Source of the DNA: a virus
Taxonomy: Duplodnaviria; Caudoviricetes
Length of the DNA: 58,025 nucleotides
IMG/VR virus record: IMGVR_UViG_3300031974_003279
Coordinates: 1 to 58,025 of that record
Strand: one strand, 5' to 3'
Positions 22,101-28,415 of the stretch are shown here, one piece after another (position 1 is the stretch's first letter; each line of letters starts with the position of its first letter). Below the pieces are notes generated by a model that was given only the letters and a program-made list of their open reading frames with translations, made no database searches and was not told where the DNA came from. The position numbers and the translations under genes were made by a program.

Positions 22101-23387
22101 TTCAATAAGGCTATGTTCTTAAGAGAGTTTGCTCAGAGTGTAATCGTTGCAAATGCGACAGATCCAGATTATGTACCAGCTAAGGTTTCTTACAATAGTC
22201 TTCCTGCCTATGTTAAAAAGTCAATTCTTCCTGTTAGACGTAGTGAGGATGATGAGTTGATACAGAACAAACTAACTATTTCATTCGACAATCCCAACCA
22301 AGAACCAGGTAACTTAAGGTACATTAGAACTGGAGGAAACTACTTTGGTGACAACTATGTGGCTATAACCGTTCCTTTCTTGACACTAAGAGACTCTCTC
22401 AAGTCATTTAAGTCTAATAGAAGAGAGACAATGGGTGAGACTCAATTCATAAAACCAGATCCAGAAAGGGCCAATATTACCTTGATCTATAAGCGAGAAA
22501 AGCAATCCGGGGATGGTAACGGTTACAACTGGACTTATGTTGGAGGGCAACCCGTAGGTACTTTTTATGCGGTTAGACCAAACAACTTCATGAACCGTAG
22601 ATCTCAAGCTATTTCTGAAGAGTCTAGAAATACTAAAAGGGTTAGAGAGACTCTGGAAAAAATTGACGCAGGTGTTAAAAGAAAACGAGTTCTTCCTGGA
22701 GGTTACGACCCGAACTCAGGACAAGTTACTGATTTTGCAATGTTCAGTGATCGCTCAAAGCTTATTGCCGGTCTTAAAGCTTCTTTGACTCTTACGGTAG
22801 GTCAAAAGCCAGCCGAAAAGATTCTTAAGGACTTGACAGAAAGCGATATTGTCAGAGGTCTTAGTAAGATATTTGAGATAGCTAAGGATGATCTCTTAAT
22901 GCCAGAGTTTCCCCAGGATCCTAACCATCCTTTCAGAAAGATCCTTATGAAGATCGATGACATGCCAGCAAGTACTCCGACGTTCGATCTTTGGAGCCCT
23001 TATCGGAATGCCTTTGTACCTCACGCGGGTACAGCTGCTGCCAAGGCTGTTGAGATCTTCAATGCTACGGTTTCTCAAACAGGTAAGGGTACTATTATAG
23101 ATCCGGTTACAGGTAAAAAAGAAGACATACCTGTTCCAGTCTTTGAGAGAAATGAAGAAAAGCGTCTTATAAATCAAGATGAGCTCGCAGTCAATAAGAA
23201 TGCTTTAGTGGGTAAGTCCCAGGAAGATAAAGCCTTGTTCTCAGAGCAGGAATCTGCAGCAGTGGTGGATGCTTTTTATAACTTTGAAAAGTACTTCCCA
23301 GGAGTTTCATTCCCTAATAAGCGTTTGAGATTGGCATTCCTAAGAATGGTAGACAACGGAACGATTGAAATTAAATGTAGGATATAA
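7200..23387 (+). CDS. Giant virion-associated DNA-dependent RNA polymerase polyprotein (5395 aa)
   Basis: Catalytic GFDFDYDKL (DxDxD at 19536-19550) preceded by NRTP and EGTDAQSLIS, typical of crAss-like vRNAPs; two HExxH zincin motifs (HELVH 10485-10499, HEAWH 14580-14594). Confidence 0.9.
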   Translation: MAKKVLDSLNELLNEGAVTQTNKVPNRETDQQDPVYSGPLLEVPSTPAISPVTIDVKKVFQFAPDEFKQVPLYSTDKYLQDLGAAYQGNFKRNMYAIPRIVGTALTEMGQFLAAPLDWVIGTGGAAFGVENDPYAENQNMISFSKALRDAQEWSNDLFPIIHRSDFHSKPFHEQITSSEFVGEEVAQGIGFFGGMLIPGAALSKMGKFAAFSRGIRKANYATIEAAKKSPVLRKLMEKTRGVDRKNWMLTKESGDALSLNTFTAYQTLIEANAEASFAKQEAYDKLYALYKDGEINPTTGQPWTMDEVRESVDQIGKDIYYYNIGILGISNTIMNNMLFGAHKPSGARLAALTRGTSKADLSKARRVYNRSKKIASGAGKGIASEGFFEEGSQTAGELAAQANLLKDNDKDVFDLFTGYFRNYDKMLTTTEGQKAILLGSLLGAPSSMYSSWKESKQADSVYEAIRDARNNAVNTVLKPLIGDLYERNEDGSYKRVLNKKTGKNELVPKISGLLANSRGLAHLQKLSSELQELAVTDPELFTEVVKEEVIPQLIKSYVKFDQTMEVLFEDLSRELKLIREKYSDFNYIVTLEDIKEIAKQMSNDRKGIQPIADLYTFSETAMSDLEAVDSKGEPDLNTRQKVTMFQEEVIFDGYLNQTNRLRAAKKALAKAEEEGASEKQIESIKKQIEIIESNIALFTNMSREEYDKLYQQYREDSNKRVRLQEIEAIQFQEAGEETAAKTTLTEDAQKFWNQHHTYDVYGRPSQEQGQDDSKPAILTTSSFKLVDESGKTIETSLELLPPTDNGTGTDQPLVLQSPTGQQYGVKFVNDKPVITRLDTGKPVGASLVEEIADLERQISELDEQIDNASGVPSIPQEVIDIQNQIRDLRDPDGSVPDSKLAEFKRLQRLKNFVESGSVAYRFLRALDSLKKGLSPKELAYLEAYSRISKSFEELITNLNESGKFTTELKPNDFTEWSDKQGLILNEQLDIAQQEIDTDRDIGSEAALKDAGFEDKVSYSADDLNDYVEKHGSKQTKFIWSLIKGVVQKLGVTTQIRFRPDYEGGDNIGFYSPTTNSIQLRAELFKNPETAALVIVHELVHGATNRILEAVKKNNSEVLSLLTKKQINAAKKLSKLVKELQADPDTKDWYGSTNEDELLAELANSGFVDAIKAKKVKPSILKRFINFLADLFGFPRADDTVYSEALQALEDLIANPLDFEELGLKTYGTGVASQMSLPFGEPTGQVNEAKVKDLESYFSENTRSTRDFRYKPDLDGEGELALREQREKLIELGAERISAHGMAKGNIGTQFKELIQLLTEGIDSTRGGGMLYTAPLVLSDEVKKAAEAIGTASGTAYIDGGFIVLAKPGVDRLTNANQIAGVLVNEAVADTLPEFVSKLQEAFPGLQIDSYSNASKVVSEIMASGQAVETRSLVPGKQELIKKRQELQDRLTELKNSAGNQTADLSNANLILDQTSEKRALQNRQNIANTVAEQMATAFREYLVSVDPGDTVEDLEDKVNKFISEFRSISKDLEDGVGANELKQFLENILSKNDDYKQLTIKAFSLRERASQLLDIVLQTTEASPEEKIDFKQRMQAAETFSFAAVENFVNKYPFSGQEELNDLEKVFNEYSDVVDKLYEFSIDERMNSAFSILMSAVAENAQRNDFGVIDVESLQKIVKGVVTKEELDEFFSGLGVEPLNDPSNQEIIDEGQRKRREFSESAKPFIGDDPASGDSLIRPGLSEEENEGDLNQYERRSGSLLDEEQGHFDYLVNVRAFHALMRTDYSITNNVHFISPKGFENGSIAERFGDDFARVLKSQLLFFYGSFRKVSRSGQKEGKPIPLFATLDYIENTFGKDSKEYNAAMNDYKIVMVGDNVIVENKENPKEKGAFLFKDPRRFDGSKHKVIYASAASINDLTGYPGKPSFLYKQVGDKPVETRYRDFDESRVDEYVKAYANIRKSADRRPLRMTSSSRTPGPLREANKNDSNRISYETLFEDLNTGTTVSNFIQGINEMLPPEHQGKSFSELREAGIITLTNKSGKDPRGVAKGKLKPGFHYLTIQGVTTVLMTKKLSPEDINKIVDIITWIGKNQKTADPATVDNLIDFIRSTFHVSSLDVTFATAEQGIERNDFSIARPFRGSDYQVAWSNKYDPTNPNSWILSPEVVEDKEFLSSLRTFLAGKNYSSLYADNSKTVVFYDDVEIKGDKVTFGKTLNRTEYVNKMGDRLVTIFKKPTGTKYSDRLITYEASAQFTPEVSEEFRVRQTDDPSVENTSDPSDVASQEEAFPTNVESNKLTEEDLDRIIGAFTPDQLLDILDDILENDVSSVELPEVSFDFYDSIKKTSGYIDQSYLKHLHEAYLLIDNPTTENVKDSLKLILKSRFAKGTPTDLNLKPYSYQGGVRTRVLPKAPLPVYVDEAMAWFKERHPDAEVTITEDGETLGALLQGGNVVFSKTEPDALYHEAWHRTSMYFLSPEQRAAVYQEVRERLGETVVPVSSPSGVVFVKGTEMTDKQAEEYLADEFRKYRIFGEFYKFPPKAKKQKSLFERIVDFFVNMINWLTGQPGSTMEDLFFYADNGVFKNAKVKTHIGEFFMIPGMSSSETLLTISEFNRMFMKYSWSRANLENEERSIIAAAQSTGKLPLSDFWDAYEAGQVPSEDLATITTRIQASLQRLRKAPEGSDLEFEQAKVNNNELNWLISKIREEHANYLTGIGYKVITEKNSVDDVEESDGLQGLQTNLEDASDLNPDQLTEEFTKDKEVAKNSNNWNRSKNAIKTTPPLVKAFFEGLVTIDEVRSMAQFSLEGNASEMMKAVVQKVHGLPMSEVGVVLQKMSSQSKVYAEINRRWRDLTAAAQNSKSANVALNLVYTSLKLTKQEFATVSPTSFVNQVAEAQRRDHFNTFNSMFLNSDLISVDEGLYVLVNTPETFQSEKVGFDRVVDYLDTASPSQVLDFTERLFGPVLRESLDDSIDFGEVDPIISQLTGMLFDLFEDAPRKYKLESGRISFAQLRGTREYISLISTLAHYKYAYRNLTGDMSVARLKQSGEETRQHAIGENTHLTNILNDIEGIQNYVNLESAYERFVEIMVDHGFSNPNARDSNGRPVISILPEFANHFLINEIVFVVNQYLESGGRIPYMLTERIISGNKDESVNHSKAFEALSPSELIATHIKILTHGDFLMTGSGGRKRESTIVLRSGADKATLENDPESSQFTRRFFSVSDSPNRPYVTIEDHLKALFVDETVRVLEQRFLYEAGHQLPNSTRQNIESFGDNYNYVHYQDIYELITEADSGFNKSLDEAVKDLIKDPASISNIQNISKGLVSKFEKIIDLSINQVLDTRAKSILSRLPKDSKQSPYNTVIEDLIFLEEDQNAFAPSWVILTPFENVVIDDKGFYSENEPTVDGKVATLDTSRIYSKNSEEFSLFQELAVNRGKYVINSDLFGFSEDQEESDNALDAGSDRFTTFIDHVAEKYGWTPEDLSNIKATLLITEEQAVQVMREVVGMFKVSTTEMAAFSMGSYSVFKSVADATRRFEVNGSNKKQINLENAIADRFDGRVRNPKYMRLNVVEDIIYDKSPSKVSGPEELIGKDKKGAFKNLNSPETKLALDRLQERVNNLPKDDKSKRAAQKLMDTIRSMQDGGFEGTDAQSLISLDFYREFLTVAGLWGPTDLEKIYVSQMYHLVNEAIKVNQLVPEDEKLKMPDGTVVDEGIFKTHPLFVKHGEPMVVDGIFIPQFNGRPVNINSNTGFKSLKPQGTGRQLTGDRITFYLLKTALTPIMPSEYSIPANATTPDAENVNMIKFFWKNTIEEQADIIVFESSNKRLLPLGINSVNMVNFGMQISESFDTNQEAAISKQLLGVSGMDAFQNQLFTEQETELFKNLHDVFDNTVDALTINNAVAYFMKLGLGVDFANKNLKVVDAERFSTAMASMSDVGKIDKGSLEQIKRFVTSPEENQHIDTLIPGTQYRNVFTSAIEKHVITLRDRSAKQIVQEADISQSLKFWRIENGELKPPQIKLPVPKSLHAWIIDTFGNSDLANADQEAKNLNFYIAFSKFREAYRNNDPRIPKQIRQSLINRTPMDNRHSATPVEIVDYLLPWEGHKITVPMELVFIYGFDFDYDKLTSYYQTPVYDRKNKSLTFVKELESEQDLKERILEEAKKGRFKLANQLLFNLQSINEITAGQLKHAIKVFKRARSKSLSAQSKKQQRALKKDEQDLGKRIYAIDQNIEKYTRALDQVASKGGAEQAIQRYQKMINKLEEQKLQAELDLISVAYEFDDISQINQLRSEISSAVDLYFSNQQNNPYRLDIFQEKTTLTNKLYDNLYKMMMVEPAAMLSMIPTGTSTVEELAEQYLIESESMPSDKWSDLFDIEKNAVKRSTILASDRSIGTFAYATPMFSRLQKSPVRFDSKYSLPFEGMDGTVIIGGMYDTEGDIASLMGSEFLNTALDSSKNPKPFFAGLDDFAASVIYSMLMLGTENLNGTMRGNISPSLIMAMLNQPAVKKFLKLYRSNVQNKTKYASKREARNAAFHQALALRGVSLHVHHNPAMGEAVLPVDPAQENPVDVLGWSDAFSGASEEARLTLAEEEFNLRSQRMYDTSDETADVVPFLFQLVQTSLYPRDIVKGRTPWASRQRAVRQNQDSYLKAMQSITKVSSKMLRAPKDESVSTTFNQRTDEVAILDAFVTMMVYSDKMTDFMLAFRKDSSLAKTVHQLTQHEETRRKLMDPKKGGLFQTQDVVNFYRSNYLKSFILVNELTNSFLKTRSLFYDPEIFDREDHEYFFNMFGYQVTYDAVAEYFPSYLVQKFIPETDDLARTLLFQKPQFQDSLLGLYREFTRQLKEEYKRAGGQKRYEDDIVIKNIKVVPNARDYVFKQTRDIQSLILTNRRIQGKDLELLQERIAQLTDPNATLNPDLVAAAKEFFDAASIASLYQNANNRFSQVGKALVNYPFYNDMLEKAVARFKEVSKGRQFNKAMFLREFAQSVIVANATDPDYVPAKVSYNSLPAYVKKSILPVRRSEDDELIQNKLTISFDNPNQEPGNLRYIRTGGNYFGDNYVAITVPFLTLRDSLKSFKSNRRETMGETQFIKPDPERANITLIYKREKQSGDGNGYNWTYVGGQPVGTFYAVRPNNFMNRRSQAISEESRNTKRVRETLEKIDAGVKRKRVLPGGYDPNSGQVTDFAMFSDRSKLIAGLKASLTLTVGQKPAEKILKDLTESDIVRGLSKIFEIAKDDLLMPEFPQDPNHPFRKILMKIDDMPASTPTFDLWSPYRNAFVPHAGTAAAKAVEIFNATVSQTGKGTIIDPVTGKKEDIPVPVFERNEEKRLINQDELAVNKNALVGKSQEDKALFSEQESAAVVDAFYNFEKYFPGVSFPNKRLRLAFLRMVDNGTIEIKCRI

Positions 23388-26300
23388 TGAAGTGTAGTAT
23401 TCCAGAACTCAGTCAAGACGAACAAGATCAGCTGAGGAAAAACGCACAGAACCATCAGCACTTTTTTGGTCATCCAGATACGATGATAAAAAATACGCCT
23501 CTTGAAAAGGCGGCTGCGTTCATTCACTACATTAATGATATACCAGAGGTAGTATCGCGTCGTAAAGAAAAGAATGGGTTTGTAACTTATGTTAACAGAC
23601 TTGGCGTTGAGTTGGTGTCTGCATCTAAAAGTAACCGTAGACGTAGTGTTTTTGACAAAGGCACGGGTACAACAGCTTCTTCCTTAGAAGCGTCCCGGAA
23701 TATGCTTACCGGAGGTGCCTTTGATGACGTCCTCATGAGAGATGCATGGGGTTGGTTGATGAGACGTCTTTCTGATTTTACTGAGGTTTCTCAAAGAGGT
23801 GACTATAAGATCAACGAAAGACTTGATCCGGAAGGCAAGCCTTACTCTGGTGGCACCTATCAACTTGCCATGATACCTTCAGAGGTTTTACGTTTTTTGT
23901 TTACTGAGGAATCAGGTGCAGATTTTAATCTTAGAATCAACATATTCGGATTACCTGAGCTAGCAGAAGATGATGCTGTAGGTGATCCTAAAACAGGAAC
24001 ACTTTTATACTACTTGCTACAGCAAAGCAGGAATGGTCGTTACAAAAACATGAAGTACGACTTTGAAGCCGCTGGAGAAACGGCAACTGCTTCTTTGACC
24101 TTTGATGAAAAAGTATTTAGAGAGATTGCCGAGTATGTTCACATGACTTTTTATAGTACCCTGCGAACATTTTCTAAAACTGAGGCACCGTATAAGTCTC
24201 AGTCAAAGAGTGATCCAAAAGATCGAATTTTTTCTGACCTTATTATTGGTACTCAGGTCTTTACATTCTCACCTCAAAGAAATACTGGTGGTTTTGCAGA
24301 CTTGCTTTTTATGTATGGAGATAAGAAGCATACCATCATTACAGATTTTAAGACCAAGAGTATTCTTCTCAATGATAGAAAAGGCTCTGGCAGTCCTGTA
24401 AATAAATCAAACCAAACCAGATACAACCGACAAGTTCAAATGTATCTGGATGGTATTCGCTATGTTGGGGGTAATCCTTTGGTTGGTCAACTTGCACCGG
24501 CAACCATGCTTCTTACCAGAAGTAATATTGAAGCTAACGGTGAGTCTACCTTTATAGTAGGTGGTTTGATTCACGCTCAATCTGGAGAAAACGAACTATC
24601 GAAACGATACGGTATATCTGTCTCTCCATTTAGCTCTGCTTTAATTCCTCAGCTTGAGGAGCAAATGACAATTCTTTCTGACTTTATTGAACAGACTCAG
24701 TTAAGAACCAGTGAGACTCGAGCAACTCTTAAGTCAGCAACAATATCAGATGACCCTGAAGTAAGAAAAGATATTTGGGACAGAGTGCGTAGTAATGCAT
24801 TGCTTTTATCTAGCATTCGTGGACAAACTTCAGAGATCCACGAGCATGCATTTAAGCAGATGACTTTGCATTTTAACATTTCGTCTTACATGTCAGCGGC
24901 TTTGAATTTAGATGCCCAGATAGAACCTTTTCAGAATGACCTGGAGGAGTATATCGATACAACTCTTGTTGATCTTAGAAGAACCGTAAATCCCAAACAG
25001 TACTTAGAATCAATGCTTGATGAGTTTTTGATTTATCAAGACATGATGAAAGAGTATGACTTGGAGATCAATGCCCTTAAGGCTGTATTTAACTCTCAAG
25101 TCCAGAGTTATTATGTAGACGGCCTTATAAAAATGTTCAGCTATTTAGAAGGTACGTCAGGTTTAAAAATGCGTGACACTTTTGAGCAGATCTTAAAACA
25201 GATACCTTCAGAATATTATCCGAATCAACAGAAAGATGCATTCATCGACACATATTTTGACTTTATTGATGATAATGATATTCAAGGACTTATAGGCTTT
25301 ATAGATAACAAGTTCAGACCAATGTTTGAAGAGTACTATACGAGTATTTCTTCAAGGCTAGACGCCATTTCTACTCGCAACAGCGAACTTAATTCTGAGT
25401 TGGTCATTGCTTTAGTACCACCAACATCTGTTGAAAAGCAGACAGGTACTGCTAAAAAGAAACTTGTTGTAGAGTCACTTGGATTTTGGGATCGTTGGGC
25501 CACAAGATCAGAACTAATCGACAATCCTTTGTTCAAGATCTTCAATAAAGTAAAAGACTTCGCAGAGCAAAAAACTTTGAGGCAGTATGAAGAACGAATG
25601 AAGTCTTATCAAAAAACACACGATGACTTCTTGACTTATGTCAATAACTCAAAAATGAGTTATAAGGAGGCAGTGGGCTTACTGGTTGATACAGAAATTG
25701 GTATGCTTCACAAGCGTTTTGTTGATGATTTCTACGCTCGTAAAGAAGACGCTTTGCAAAATCAAGATGCTGCTTGGATGCGGGGGTATTACGAAATACG
25801 GGATAAAGCTGCTTGGCTCGAAGAGTACGAAGCCAAAAGAGATAATTACTTTCAATGGCTTGACTCTCAGGCAAAACTCTATGAAGACGAGTTAGCCGCC
25901 AACCCTGAATACTACCCTGACGTTGGAATTGATCCTAAGTTCGTTGAGCAAAGAAAAGACGAGTTTCTACAAGCTTACAACCTTAATGCTAAAGAGGGTA
26001 ATGCTTGGGTCAATCGCCGGAACTTAAAATATCTGGAGCCCAAGAAGGTTGTACACGAAAGGTTTGCCAGCGAAAAGTATGAAAAGATACGCTCTACGGA
26101 AGCTTTGTTCAATATGTATGAACAACTACGCAGTTTACCTTTAGAAGCAAAGTCTATCATAGGTCAAGGAAAAATGTATATTCCTGAAGACTTTTTTCCA
26201 AACATTGCAGCAACTACTGGTGAGTTGGCACTAAAAATACCTCAGACAGGTATACTTAGCACAGCTGGAAAAATGGTTGCTAATGAGTTTAGAATTGCAC

Positions 26301-28330
26301 CTATTGATGAAACCTTAGGGGTATATAATGAAGATACTTTTGGCAGGAACACCATTCCTTTTAGTGGAGTAGTTCCGTTGGTAAACCACGACGGGAATAT
26401 TTACTCTGAGGAAAACATAGAGATTCTTAAAAAGAACGCTATTTACAAAAGCTATGATCTCTATAAAGTCGGTAATGATTTTATCAATAGCATGTATACC
26501 TATTCAATGAATCAGTATACTGAACCCATGGTTGATGCTCTTATCAACTTTGCAAAAGATGAAGATCGTTATGTAGAAGAGAGAAAAATTCGTGGAGTTA
26601 CTGCTTTGACCAAGACAGGAACTACTCGCGTTAGAGGTGGTGATACTGAGTCTGCAAAACTGTTAGAAAAGTACATGCATGCCAACTGGTATCAGACTCG
26701 TTTTAAAGGTCTTGCTGATGGTACAACCCCTGATTTTGTTATACCTGGGCTTGAGGGCGATCCTTCAAAAGGTAAGGGTCCTGTTACTTTAGTATCTGCT
26801 ACGTTAGGACTTAGAAATGTTTGGTCAAGAAACATTCTGGGTCTTGCATTTATTCCTGGAGTAGCCGCAGGTCTTACTGGACTTACTAATGCTTTCATAA
26901 ACTCTATGGAAGGCTATTACTTTAGCAATAAAGCTTTTAGAAAGTCTTTTAAAAAGTATTTCAACGTAGTAAAAGATCGTCAAAGCAGAGGTATGATGCG
27001 TGCGCTTGCATTAAAATTTGATGCAGCGTCTATAAAAACTGCAAATTACAGAGGTATGAAAGGAGCTCGTCTTCAAACTAAAGCTGTTTCTGATTGGACT
27101 CTGTATGGACCTCTAAGATCCCCTGACATGGTCATCGGTGATATAATTACGGATTCAGTGGTAAACTCTTGGGGAATTCAGTCTACTGGAAATGATGCAG
27201 ATTCTAGAAAAGCTGCTGTAATAGCTAGACTAGAAGATCTTCCTGAAGGCGCAAAACCTTTATCAGAATTCATATTTATTGATCCAAGTACTAATGAAGT
27301 TACGTTTGATGAAAATGTAATTGGTCAGAATCAAGTAGGTCAAATTAGAGAGATCATTCGTAAAGGAATTGCTGAAACTTATGGACAGCTTCCTGAAGGT
27401 TCTTACATGGGTGCTCAACTTACTATAATAGGTACGCTTGCAACTACATTTATTAGCTGGATGCCAGCTATTATAAATAAACGTGTAGAACGAACAAAGG
27501 TTGCTGATATAGGTAGTCCAAAACTAAATTTCATGACCACTGGTCGCTGGAGATCTATTGTTACCTTGTTAACGAGTGACCGACTTAAAGTAAACGATGA
27601 CAATACAGTAGAAGCAACTATTGAGGATCTTGAACCTAAAGACATGCTTTCTACTATGAAACATGTTACAGGTAACATAATCAAGAACTTTGTATCTACC
27701 GCTTATTTTTTCTTACGATTTGCAGCGTTTTCAAAAAATGCTGATGAAAATATAAAAAGGCTAAAGACTGAGTTCTATAGATGGAAACTTGACAACCCTA
27801 AAGAAGTTGAAAAAATGGGTCGACCAGTCGAGTTTGCAGCAGAAGGTAAGGAGTCTGATTATGATGATTGGTTGTTTGATAAATGGGTTGAAAGTCAAAA
27901 AAGAGCACTTAAGTCAGCCACAGTTGAATTATGGACTCTTGCTACAGTAATGCTTCTTTTGGAGTCAGTAAGAAGCTTTGATTATGATGAAGATGGTGTG
28001 GCTGATTATAAGCAATACTGGGCTAGTAGACAGCTTGTAAAGCTTCTTGCTAAGACTCAAGCAGAACTTATTTTCATGCTTAACCCTTCTGAATGGGAGC
28101 GGTTCTTTACTCAACCAGTTGCAGTTACCGGTATGATCTCAGACCTAATAAAGGTTTTTGAGAACGGCTACGATGAAATAGTCACTGATCGCTTTGGGTA
28201 CAGAGAGAATTCTGCAAATGATAAAACTCCTTTGTTTTACTACTTTGCCAACTTTGCACCTGGCTTTAGACAACTTCGTAAAATAATAGAGCCGTTTGAG
28301 CAGGACAAGCAGAGAGGTATGTTAGATTAA
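23387..28330 (+). CDS. Large putative virion cargo protein with N-terminal PD-(D/E)xK (RecB/Cas4-like) nuclease domain
   Basis: GFADLLF...ITDFKTK...YNRQVQMY (about 24290-24450); TAATG overlap with the vRNAP stop; hydrophobic helical C-terminal half. Confidence 0.7.
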   Translation: MKCSIPELSQDEQDQLRKNAQNHQHFFGHPDTMIKNTPLEKAAAFIHYINDIPEVVSRRKEKNGFVTYVNRLGVELVSASKSNRRRSVFDKGTGTTASSLEASRNMLTGGAFDDVLMRDAWGWLMRRLSDFTEVSQRGDYKINERLDPEGKPYSGGTYQLAMIPSEVLRFLFTEESGADFNLRINIFGLPELAEDDAVGDPKTGTLLYYLLQQSRNGRYKNMKYDFEAAGETATASLTFDEKVFREIAEYVHMTFYSTLRTFSKTEAPYKSQSKSDPKDRIFSDLIIGTQVFTFSPQRNTGGFADLLFMYGDKKHTIITDFKTKSILLNDRKGSGSPVNKSNQTRYNRQVQMYLDGIRYVGGNPLVGQLAPATMLLTRSNIEANGESTFIVGGLIHAQSGENELSKRYGISVSPFSSALIPQLEEQMTILSDFIEQTQLRTSETRATLKSATISDDPEVRKDIWDRVRSNALLLSSIRGQTSEIHEHAFKQMTLHFNISSYMSAALNLDAQIEPFQNDLEEYIDTTLVDLRRTVNPKQYLESMLDEFLIYQDMMKEYDLEINALKAVFNSQVQSYYVDGLIKMFSYLEGTSGLKMRDTFEQILKQIPSEYYPNQQKDAFIDTYFDFIDDNDIQGLIGFIDNKFRPMFEEYYTSISSRLDAISTRNSELNSELVIALVPPTSVEKQTGTAKKKLVVESLGFWDRWATRSELIDNPLFKIFNKVKDFAEQKTLRQYEERMKSYQKTHDDFLTYVNNSKMSYKEAVGLLVDTEIGMLHKRFVDDFYARKEDALQNQDAAWMRGYYEIRDKAAWLEEYEAKRDNYFQWLDSQAKLYEDELAANPEYYPDVGIDPKFVEQRKDEFLQAYNLNAKEGNAWVNRRNLKYLEPKKVVHERFASEKYEKIRSTEALFNMYEQLRSLPLEAKSIIGQGKMYIPEDFFPNIAATTGELALKIPQTGILSTAGKMVANEFRIAPIDETLGVYNEDTFGRNTIPFSGVVPLVNHDGNIYSEENIEILKKNAIYKSYDLYKVGNDFINSMYTYSMNQYTEPMVDALINFAKDEDRYVEERKIRGVTALTKTGTTRVRGGDTESAKLLEKYMHANWYQTRFKGLADGTTPDFVIPGLEGDPSKGKGPVTLVSATLGLRNVWSRNILGLAFIPGVAAGLTGLTNAFINSMEGYYFSNKAFRKSFKKYFNVVKDRQSRGMMRALALKFDAASIKTANYRGMKGARLQTKAVSDWTLYGPLRSPDMVIGDIITDSVVNSWGIQSTGNDADSRKAAVIARLEDLPEGAKPLSEFIFIDPSTNEVTFDENVIGQNQVGQIREIIRKGIAETYGQLPEGSYMGAQLTIIGTLATTFISWMPAIINKRVERTKVADIGSPKLNFMTTGRWRSIVTLLTSDRLKVNDDNTVEATIEDLEPKDMLSTMKHVTGNIIKNFVSTAYFFLRFAAFSKNADENIKRLKTEFYRWKLDNPKEVEKMGRPVEFAAEGKESDYDDWLFDKWVESQKRALKSATVELWTLATVMLLLESVRSFDYDEDGVADYKQYWASRQLVKLLAKTQAELIFMLNPSEWERFFTQPVAVTGMISDLIKVFENGYDEIVTDRFGYRENSANDKTPLFYYFANFAPGFRQLRKIIEPFEQDKQRGMLD

Positions 28331-28334
28331 TTTG

Positions 28335-28415
28335 TACTTTTGTAAAACCATAGTGTGTTTGTTTGTTTGTTTTTTTAAGGTTGCTAGGCGCCCCATCATC
28401 GGGGCGCTTTGCGTT
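28335..28415 (+). ncRNA. Candidate small RNA: -7 box, CCAUAG-U/G-rich body, GC hairpin
   Basis: TACTTTTG at 28335-28342, then CCATAGTGTGTTTGTTTGTTTGTTTTTTTAAGGTTGC and hairpin GCGCCCC-ATCATC-GGGGCGC-TTTGCGTTT. Confidence 0.4.
28387..28410. terminator. Hairpin between the convergent modules, probable terminator
   Basis: GCGCCCC/GGGGCGC stem in the gap between convergent genes. Confidence 0.6.

Noticed and set aside
7200-28330. Inteins or introns in the giant genes
   Set aside because: No Cys-start/HN-end splice motifs or LAGLIDADG/HNH signatures noticed, and no frame breaks.
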